From an uncultured Methanomicrobiaceae archaeon (GTDB taxonomy: Archaea > Halobacteriota > Methanomicrobia > Methanomicrobiales > Methanoculleaceae): a stretch of 64,000 bases of DNA. This document shows, in pieces, positions 56,258-64,000 of this stretch. The stretch spans positions 160,001 through 224,000 of the forward strand of contig CAWGXH010000003.1 in assembly GCA_963826525.1 (NCBI GenBank), read 5' to 3'. The notes beneath the pieces are model-generated. The model worked only from the letters and a program-made list of their open reading frames with translations, did no database searches and was not told the DNA's origin. Made by a program: the position numbers and the translations under genes. Position 1 is the stretch's first letter; the number at the start of each line of letters is the position of its first letter.

Positions 56258-56797
56258 AAAATGACCTGGACTCCGTAAAATGGGTGGCATGCGAAGCGCC
56301 AAGTGCTTTGTGGTCGTGGTTGTCGACCGCCGTCTTCTTTATGCGGCGGGCATCCCAAACTCCCGGGGAGAATCCTGTCATAGTTTGAGTCCTATTATTT
56401 CTGCGTATCGGCGATGTCGCTGCGGTCGCCCTGTCATCCTGGAGCCCGGAAGACCCTCGTTACGAGCGTGACGAAGAGAATCAGCGGGATGCATTAGCGG
56501 ATGAGGAACCGGAAGGCCGGCCCCACCGAGGTCTGCAGGTGCCGCCAGATGACGAGTTCGAGCGTCATGAGCGGCAGGGCATCAGGAACGCTCCGCCGCT
56601 GACTCCCACGATATACGGAAACCGCCGGATGTTTCCGATCCCGACGGCGGAACCGATGCTGGCGAGGATAGATCCCGTCCATGAAGGCCATTGTTCGCGA
56701 ACCATTGCATCCGATGCCTGTTGCCGGTCGGCATGGTCTCCATCGCCTTACGCATTCCCGTGGCCTGCCGCCCCGGGCAGGAAGGTTAAAATGGGGT

Positions 56798-58009
56798 TCA
56801 GGGGTTGCCGGACCCTTGCTCAGAGGCGCAGTACGCACCCTTGAAGAACCAGTTCCGGTAGACGATCGGCGTGATGATGGTGGTTAAAAGGCTCATCAGG
56901 ACGATAGCGACGAAGATCCCCTGGCTGATGAGCCCCTGGTCGAGCCCGATCAGCGCGACGATCATCGCCACCTCGCCCCGCGGTGCCATCCCGAACCCGA
57001 CGATGAGCGAGTCTTCCCGGCACATCCCCATCGCCCGGGCAGGGAGGCCGCATCCGATCACCTTGGTGATGATGGCGACCACGGTCAGCACCAGGAGGAA
57101 GAGGAGAATCTCGGGGGTGAGTGCCGTGAAGTCCGCAAGGATACCGAGTGAGACGAAGAAGATCGACGCGAAGATGATCTGAAGGTACTCGGCGCCTTCT
57201 TTGACGTCCATGCTGTTCCGAAGGCCGACTCCTTCAAAAGCGACTCCGGCGATGAACGCACCGACGATCCCGGAGAGCCCCATCAGGTCGGCGAACATCG
57301 CGTAGAGGAATGCTATCATCATGGCGAAGATGAAGACGAACTCAGGATACTTCTTCGCAAGGCCGGACGCGTCCATCCGCTCGATGAGCCGGCTCACGCC
57401 GAAGAGCCCGATGGCGCCCCCGATGATGATGAACCCGAACGCTTTGACAAGAACGATGCCGATCGAGACTGCCGAGATGCTCCCGCCTACGAGGTCTCCG
57501 GTGATGGAGAGCGCAACCAGGGAGAGGATATCGTCGATGATCGCAACGCCGATGATCGCCCTCGCGGCCTCGGTCTGGAGCATGCCGATCTCCTTGAGAA
57601 CGTTTGCCGTAATGGCGATACTGGTGGCGGTGAGCGCCGTCCCGACGAAGACCGCGCTTGCGATGTCGAACCCGAAGAGAAGGGTGGTGGCGTAGCCGCC
57701 GATCCACGGGACGATGACGCCGATGATCCCGATGACCCCGTAGCGTATTTTGAGGATATCCTTGACGTTGAACTCGAATCCGATAACGAAGAGGAGGATG
57801 ATCGCTCCCAGGTGAGCCAGGCTCTGGACAAACTCTGTGTAGGTGATCAGGCCGAGCATGCTCGGGCCGACGAGGAGTCCGACGAGAATGGCCCCGATGA
57901 CCGCCGACTGGTTGATCCTGGATGCCAGGAGGTAGCCGGCGAGTGCGAGGAAGAGGAGCAGACTCATCTGGAACTCGATAGAGGATGGCGATGCTCTCCA
58001 TGCAACCAT
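56798..58009 (-). CDS. Cation:proton antiporter (CPA2, NapA/KefB-like)
   Basis: LLFVIGFE, ATSIAIT, AIIDDIL, FFVSLG, GMAPRGEV. Confidence 0.9.
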   Translation of the reverse strand: MVAWRASPSSIEFQMSLLLFLALAGYLLASRINQSAVIGAILVGLLVGPSMLGLITYTEFVQSLAHLGAIILLFVIGFEFNVKDILKIRYGVIGIIGVIVPWIGGYATTLLFGFDIASAVFVGTALTATSIAITANVLKEIGMLQTEAARAIIGVAIIDDILSLVALSITGDLVGGSISAVSIGIVLVKAFGFIIIGGAIGLFGVSRLIERMDASGLAKKYPEFVFIFAMMIAFLYAMFADLMGLSGIVGAFIAGVAFEGVGLRNSMDVKEGAEYLQIIFASIFFVSLGILADFTALTPEILLFLLVLTVVAIITKVIGCGLPARAMGMCREDSLIVGFGMAPRGEVAMIVALIGLDQGLISQGIFVAIVLMSLLTTIITPIVYRNWFFKGAYCASEQGSGNP

Positions 58010-58406
58010 ATGGATGGGAGTTCTTAAAAAATATCCTCTTTTTTTACATTCCGAGGACTATTCGCCGTGCGGGGTTTACGCTGGCTGCCCTTTCGCCGGA
58101 TGGTTCGAAGGCCGGGTAGGGCCTGCCGGTGCGTGAAGAGAGTTCTCCGGTTCTGCCGCTCACAACTGCGGTTGCCGGGATGGGGTGAGAGCCGCCATTC
58201 TTGCCGGCTGCACCCGTCCGTGGATACGGGTGTGCACCGGAGAGCCGGGTCACTATGGGGCAGTGTTTCCCGGAGCTGTCGGCCTGCCGTAGTGCTTGAG
58301 AGAATGGGCGGCACCTCTTGCTTTTGCAGGTGCTATGGTATTGAAAGTGCCACGTCCCTGGTGCATGTCTCACCCGTGCTGTCTACCGGCAAAGGCTGGG
58401 GACGGG

Positions 58407-60134
58407 CTATTCGTCACCGTCTACCTTTCCGAGAAGTCTCCACGCCCGGGAGGGGATCTGCAGTTCAAACCGTGCTCCCCTGCCTGCCGTGCCGGTCTCG
58501 ACAATCCCGATCCCGGTAGCCGACAGAATGTCACGCGAGAAGGCCAGCCCAAGGCCGGTGTTTTTTCCATAGCCGTACCTGAAGATCTTCTCTTTCTCCT
58601 CAACCCCGATCCCGGCACCGTTATCCTCGAATGCCACGATGAGATCCCCGCCTCTCCCTTCCTCCGTTGCTATCCGTATCTCCGTAAGCCCCTCGCCGTG
58701 GTGGAGTGCATTCTCGAGCAGGTTGTAGATGACTTTGACCGAGAGTGGGTCGGTGTAGATCTCCACCGGCGCAATCCGGGTGGTGATCGAGACTCCGTCG
58801 AGAGGAAGGTCGCCGATCGCGCGGGTGATCATCGGTTCGAGTGGCTGCCAGATTGGTTGATGCAGCCCGATCTCCTGATACTCGCGGGAGAACCGGAGAT
58901 GCCGGGTGATCTTCTCGACAAGTTCGATCGATGAGGAGAGATACGCGCTGGCTGCCGGGCTGGTCCGGTCTTCCCGGAGAAGGGTCAGGTACCAGGAGAG
59001 GGCGGTGAGCAGGTTGCCGATATCATGGCGGGTCAGCTGGGTTAAGAGGGAGATCTTTTCCCCGGCTATCCGGAGAGCCGTTTCCGATGCCTTTCGGTCG
59101 GTGATGTCCCTGATGATCAGGACAATGCCGGCAGGCTCCCCATCCGGATCCCTGACGAGCGATCCTGCAATACTGACCACAGTCTCCTCCTTTCCCTCAA
59201 GGACTGCTTCACGATCGGAGAGTCTCCCCTGCTCCGTGACGGTCGCCCTGATCGACGCGTAGGCGATCCCGGAGATGAGCGTCCCAACGGACCTGCCGGG
59301 AAGGTCGCTTTCCGCCACCCCGAATATCTCCGCCGCGGATGCGTTCGCCGTGATGATCCTGCCGTCCATATCTGCAAGGACAAGGCCGTCAGGCATCGTC
59401 CGGATGATGTCCGGGACTGCTGTCTCCGGACTTAAGGTAAAGAGGCCGTACCTGTGAACGGCATACGCAATGAGCAGGGAGAAGATGACGATCCCGGGGA
59501 AGACGAGATTCGGGGTGTATATCCCGTAGGCCGGTAGGAATACCCCGGAGAGGGAGCCGAATCCGATGACGGTTGCAATGCCGATACTGACGAGCCTGTT
59601 CTGGCGCCGGATCTTCCCCGGCCGCGCCTTCTGCCAGGATGAGATACTGACGTACGCCGCAGCGATCATCACGAAGGTGATATAGGCCGCCTCTATCTGG
59701 TAGGCCGGGCTTGCGGATACCGGAAGGTAGACGTAGCCTATCCCGGGCTGGTAGCCGACCGTATAGATCTGGCCGGTGAAGATTTCGACCAGGGCAATGA
59801 GGATGGCAGGGAAATAGAGGGCTATGAGGAGAACACCGCGTCTCTTCTCCTTCGCGAGGGGGTGGCCGGTGAAGGCGAGGATGAAATGGACGGTGAGTAC
59901 GGCGACGAGCGGCCAGAAAGCGCTGGCTTTCAGCCAGAACCAGGTCTCGTCATACCCGGCCGCCTGCCAGATGAAGAACTCCCCGAGAGCCCAGTAGGTT
60001 GCGGCGAGCATTGTGGCGAGGAAGAGACGGTTGACCGCCGACGAAGGGTTTTTGGCAAAGACGTACACTCCGAGGCCGTAGGTGACGAGCGCCGATATGA
60101 GGCAGAAGAATACCAGGTACGTGAAGATGACCAT
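58407..60134 (-). CDS. Sensor histidine kinase (7TM input, PAS, HisKA, HATPase)
   Basis: Seven TMs, MPDG PAS, RHDIGN, NLLENA..HG, DNG.GI, GLGL. Confidence 0.92.
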   Translation of the reverse strand: MVIFTYLVFFCLISALVTYGLGVYVFAKNPSSAVNRLFLATMLAATYWALGEFFIWQAAGYDETWFWLKASAFWPLVAVLTVHFILAFTGHPLAKEKRRGVLLIALYFPAILIALVEIFTGQIYTVGYQPGIGYVYLPVSASPAYQIEAAYITFVMIAAAYVSISSWQKARPGKIRRQNRLVSIGIATVIGFGSLSGVFLPAYGIYTPNLVFPGIVIFSLLIAYAVHRYGLFTLSPETAVPDIIRTMPDGLVLADMDGRIITANASAAEIFGVAESDLPGRSVGTLISGIAYASIRATVTEQGRLSDREAVLEGKEETVVSIAGSLVRDPDGEPAGIVLIIRDITDRKASETALRIAGEKISLLTQLTRHDIGNLLTALSWYLTLLREDRTSPAASAYLSSSIELVEKITRHLRFSREYQEIGLHQPIWQPLEPMITRAIGDLPLDGVSITTRIAPVEIYTDPLSVKVIYNLLENALHHGEGLTEIRIATEEGRGGDLIVAFEDNGAGIGVEEKEKIFRYGYGKNTGLGLAFSRDILSATGIGIVETGTAGRGARFELQIPSRAWRLLGKVDGDE

Positions 60135-61137
60135 AGCAATCGCAAGCTCGCAGATCCAGGTGCCCGGGGGCTATCGGGACGGCCTGCCGGACGATTCTGT
60201 GTGGATATACTGGCTCTGTCGTCGGCCGAGAAAACGCTTTGCTTTTCTGTTTGTGATGCCGGTATCCGGTGCGGCGACTGACTGGAGGGCGTCCATTCTC
60301 CCGGAGCCGCACTCGCGGCAAACGTCTTCGAAAAGGGGAGCCATCCTGGCAGGAGATGCCGCAGAGTGCGAGGCGGTCTGAGATGCTGCTGTCTTCCGGC
60401 ATCATGGGATTGCTCTCTCTCCGGACGAAATGTGCGGCGCTACAGGCCAGCCGTGGGTGCCGGGATGCCGGAGAGGTCGCACCCGGAGGCTCTCGGATGC
60501 CTACGCCCGGATAGGGTGACTCCCCCCGTCGTCCAATGTGGTCAAATCGGCGTTATTTTCCGGTTTTACGCCTGCTTTATGAGGGCGGATCCGGCCGCTG
60601 CAGAAAACCTGTGCATATCGTGCCGATTGCGAAAAAGAGAAGGATCCTTGAGGTATATTGGCCGTATGAGGGTGGGTAATTTTTCGAGGATGGATTCCCT
60701 TACCGACGTTGCGATCGGCCGTCTGTGGGCTTCTGTGAGGGCGGTCTTTTCGGCGAGTCCGGCCGGGGGTGAGGGTATTTGAGCCGGTGTCGGGTTCCGA
60801 TACATCTTCATGTTATCATCCGCTATGATCGCGCCCGCAGGGGCGAGGAGGGGCACAAGCGCCTCATTCCCGGAGCGGAAATGATTCCGGTCGATGCACG
60901 GACAAGCACCCGGATTGCATTATGAGAGTAGGCGTTCGTCCTGGTCAGGATACATGGCCGTGACGGAAGGAGGTCTCCCCGTTCGGTCGCTGCAGGTGCG
61001 AGAGCAGGTGTAACTGACCCGGACTATCGTCCGCCATGGCGGCAAGTGCGGGCTTGAGATCCCGGTGATGTTCGTGTTGGACTCTGTCACATGGCCTTAA
61101 ATCATGTGGCGGAACATCGATTCGGGACTGCTGATGC

Positions 61138-61749
61138 TTATGATCTCTCGTTCGTTTGGGGGGAGATCAGCAGTTGCATTGCCTCCCGCCAGATCCGGCG
61201 CATCTCTTCTTCTCCCATCGACGTCATCTTATAGTTCAGCATGCCGGAATAGAGAGCAACCATGATCAGTGCCAATGTCCGTGAGTCCGTCCGGGCTCTG
61301 ATCCGCCCTTTTTTCTGCTCCCTCTTGATTGCGCTCTCCGTTGCGGATACCAGTGCATCGATATAGTCTACTGCTGCCCCACGGACAGCGGAATTTCGTA
61401 GGGCAAGAGCAAACATCTCGTAAAAGAGGGCACGCCGCTCTTCATCGCCAAGATCGAACTGCTCGAAGATAGGGGAGAATAACGCCGTATACAATTCTTC
61501 CAGCGTCGCATGCTGGGAAGATTCATCGGTTACCTTCTGCATCTCCCTCTGGATGGTAGCCATTACCTCCTGGAGCAGTGCTTCTCTGCTCGGGAAGTAC
61601 CAGTATACTGCTCCTTTGCTGACGTTCAGTTTCTGTGCGATCGCATGGATGGTCGCCTGTGCGTACCCCTTTTCAGCTATCACCTCTATCGCGGCCTGGA
61701 TGATCTTCTTTTTCGCGTCGTCCTTATATTCGGGTATGACTTTCGGCAT
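61138..61749 (-). CDS. TetR/AcrR-family regulator
   Basis: IIQAA..VIAEKGY..AT..IA..L.VSKGAVYWYF.S. Confidence 0.92.
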   Translation of the reverse strand: MPKVIPEYKDDAKKKIIQAAIEVIAEKGYAQATIHAIAQKLNVSKGAVYWYFPSREALLQEVMATIQREMQKVTDESSQHATLEELYTALFSPIFEQFDLGDEERRALFYEMFALALRNSAVRGAAVDYIDALVSATESAIKREQKKGRIRARTDSRTLALIMVALYSGMLNYKMTSMGEEEMRRIWREAMQLLISPQTNERS

Positions 61750-61806
61750 GAACTGTCAGTACTTCAATTCCTGACTGCATTATTTTTGTTATCCGGGTAT
61801 TGTTCC

Positions 61807-61825
61807 ATACCGTTTGGTATTTATA
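61807..61825. promoter_or_regulatory. Candidate TetR operator palindrome abutting a TATA box
   Basis: ATACC-GTTT-GGTAT perfect inverted repeat (61807-61820), immediately followed by TTTATA, between the divergent tetR and methyltransferase genes. Confidence 0.55.
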
Positions 61826-61869
61826 CATTCTAATGCGTATGTTTATTTGCGAATCAGGATGGTGATTTT

Positions 61870-62763
61870 ATGACCCCTACGACGAAGGAGAGAAAAGGTC
61901 CCAGCAAAATGGCAGAGGGGATCGCGATGCACCGGTTCAAAGAATCGCAAAAACCCGAAGGCGAACGTCTCTGTTATGACCCGTATGCAATCCGCTTCAT
62001 CACCCCTGCGATCCTGGAGTTCGCAGCGCGTCATCCGGAAGAGGCAACTGCGATGGTGGAGAAGATGGAGCGCACGTTTCCGGGTTTGAGCAGTTCGATT
62101 CTTGCAAGAGTCCGGTATTTTGATGATTTCGTGATGCAATCCCTCGCGGGAGGGCTCGAACAGCTGGTCATCCTCGGTGCAGGCTACGATACCCGGGCGT
62201 ATCGCATCGAAGGAGTGCGCGAGCAGGTCAGTGTGTTTGAAGTCGACCACCCCGAGACCCAATCGGTAAAGAAGGAGAAAGTTCGGGAGCTCTTCGGCTC
62301 ACTTCCGGAGCATGTCGTATATGTCCCTCTCGATCTCGAGACCGGAGATCTCGGTCGGGAGCTGACCTGCAACGGCTACAATCCCGATAGAAAGACTCTC
62401 TTTATCCTGGAGGGACTGGTGATGTATATCCCTCCGCACGCGGTCGACGGGATCCTTGCCTTTATAAGGAATACCTCGGCTCCGGGCAGTGCCGTCATCT
62501 TCGATTACTATCCTTCGAGCGTCGTCGACGGAACCTGCGATCAGGAGATCGCACAGAATATCCGCACGTATGTTGCAGAGCTGGGAGAGCCTCTTTTGTT
62601 CGGCATTCCGGAGGGAACTGCGGAGGTATTTCTTTCGGAACGCGGTTTTTGCAACGTCGGAGATGTGACGAGCGAGGATTATAAAAGGCTCTATTTCAAT
62701 GGGAAGAACGAAAACCGGGAAGTATTTGGCGGATTATATTTCGCACACGGGATGGTGGAGTGA
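61870..62763 (+). CDS. SAM-dependent methyltransferase (LCM/TIGR00027-like)
   Basis: DPYA..F, RVRYFDD, QLVILGAGYDTRAYR, FEVDHP, LEGLVMY. Confidence 0.9.
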   Translation: MTPTTKERKGPSKMAEGIAMHRFKESQKPEGERLCYDPYAIRFITPAILEFAARHPEEATAMVEKMERTFPGLSSSILARVRYFDDFVMQSLAGGLEQLVILGAGYDTRAYRIEGVREQVSVFEVDHPETQSVKKEKVRELFGSLPEHVVYVPLDLETGDLGRELTCNGYNPDRKTLFILEGLVMYIPPHAVDGILAFIRNTSAPGSAVIFDYYPSSVVDGTCDQEIAQNIRTYVAELGEPLLFGIPEGTAEVFLSERGFCNVGDVTSEDYKRLYFNGKNENREVFGGLYFAHGMVE

Positions 62764-63221
62764 TGGGGCAGAACCCTTTCGCGGCACATTTTTCTGACCG
62801 GTAAAGTGCCGGCACATCGGTTTCGTGTGCACACCCGTATGCCTCACTGATAACTTTTGAAGGAATGCAGGATCATAGTCCCTGTGATTGGGTCATCGCC
62901 CCTGAGCCGTCTCCGAACCTTTTCAAGGCGCCGAAGGCCATACTCCATGGCCTGCATCGCCGGCTAGGCCGGGGCATGCTCGCTGCTGGTGATTGAAATG
63001 GTGCCGATGTCGGCAGGTTTCCTACTCTGGGAGAAGCCTGCGTGACAGATAATCCGGGTGGTGGTAAACCGATGGTTTTCAGGCCCCGATACCAGAGCCT
63101 GTGTCAACGGGATATACGGTCGGTGGATCCCAACGGTCATTCACCTCCCTTCATCGTACTCTCACCGGATGCCCCGGCAGTCGAGTCCGCCTCCCCAGTG
63201 TAAGCCGGGTCTCTCCGTATC

Positions 63222-64000
63222 TCACGCCTTTTTCAGCGTGAACCGGAATGCCGCCCCTTCCTCCGGGTGCCCGGGCACCCGGTCGTCCACCCAGATCTTC
63301 CCGCCGTACCGCTCGACCAGGATCTGCACCAGGTAGAGCCCGAGTCCTTCGCCGACGCCCCGCTTCTTCTGTTCATAGCGGTGGAAGATCGCCTCTTTCT
63401 GGTCTTCCGGCACGCCGGGACCGGCATCCTCGACCGAAACCCGGACGAGCCCGTTCGCATCCTCCGTCCGGATGGTGATCGCGATGCCGGGACCGCCGAA
63501 CTTGATGGCGTTTCCGATCAGGTTCGAGAAGACCTCCGGGAGCAGGTCGTCGACCCGGACCCGATAGGGTGAACCCCTGTACCGGATGATCCCCTCGGGG
63601 AAGTGGCTGCTCTCCTCCCGGATGACTGCATCGAGGTCGGTAGGCCTCAGTTCCGCTGTTTCGGAATGAATTCTGCGGATCTTCGAGACCGTTCTCAGGA
63701 TCGCGATACTCTTCCGGACGCTCCGCTGGAGTTTCTTCGCGTATCCGACTTCCTCCTCCTCCTCCTTCCCCTGCAGGCTGTCGATGAGCAGGTCGGCGTA
63801 GAGGTTCGAGACGTTCTCGGTGTTGCCGATGTCGTGGGTAAGGACATCGAGGTACAGGTTCGCCTCCCGGTGGGCGGACGCAAGGTTCCTGTTCAGCCGG
63901 GCGAGGTCTTCGGCGTGGCGCTGGAGAGCCTCCTCGGCCCGCTTGCGCTCGGTGATCTCGCGGGCCACGGCAACGGCGTACTGCTCCTCGCCGAAGGTTA
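63222..64000 (-). CDS. Histidine kinase, C-terminal part (5' end outside window)
   Basis: THDIGN, NLIGNAIK, EDAGPG, GLGL.LV...V...GG.I. Confidence 0.9.
   Translation of the reverse strand, partial: TFGEEQYAVAVAREITERKRAEEALQRHAEDLARLNRNLASAHREANLYLDVLTHDIGNTENVSNLYADLLIDSLQGKEEEEEVGYAKKLQRSVRKSIAILRTVSKIRRIHSETAELRPTDLDAVIREESSHFPEGIIRYRGSPYRVRVDDLLPEVFSNLIGNAIKFGGPGIAITIRTEDANGLVRVSVEDAGPGVPEDQKEAIFHRYEQKKRGVGEGLGLYLVQILVERYGGKIWVDDRVPGHPEEGAAFRFTLKKA

Noticed and set aside
60140-61137. About 1 kb gap with short ORFs between the kinase and tetR
   Set aside because: No recognisable motifs or repeats; probably decayed sequence.
62764-63221. Possible gene remnant (AMEYGLRRLEKV...) on the minus strand
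   Set aside because: No assignable family and no convincing start.
1-64000. CRISPR arrays, tRNA/rRNA genes, IS elements or integrases
   Set aside because: No regularly spaced repeats, RNA gene signatures or transposase/integrase motifs were recognised by eye.

Overview
GC-rich archaeal DNA, most likely from a Methanomicrobiales methanogen (Methanoculleus-like). This is inferred from connectase/DUF2121, archaellins, a PGF-CTERM protein, DUF2769/DUF2795 and the PAS kinases. Many clearly recognisable genes are split by single-base indels, which points to an error-prone long-read consensus rather than mass pseudogenisation. The flanks (1-28.6 kb and 52-64 kb) hold housekeeping and accessory genes: thiEM, Hsp20, MATE/MarR, connectase, PIN and MazF-like nucleases, a class I aldolase with a PfkA-family PFK carrying the PPi-type signature, an orphan DNA methyltransferase, rsgA, an antiporter and kinases. 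The standout region is a minus-strand cell-surface cluster at about 28.6-44.3 kb that appears to encode a cellulosome-like cohesin-dockerin system built around proteolysis rather than carbohydrate breakdown. Its parts are: a ~1970-aa protein with cohesins, CARDB domains, an alpha-2-macroglobulin-type thioester domain (GCPEQ) and a C-terminal dockerin; a subtilase with a dockerin; three membrane-anchored cohesin proteins, one carrying a subtilase-propeptide-like domain; and two orphan archaellins. A DUF1616/DUF58/MoxR/DUF4350 module lies next to it. All domain calls come from motif recognition by eye; no searches were run.
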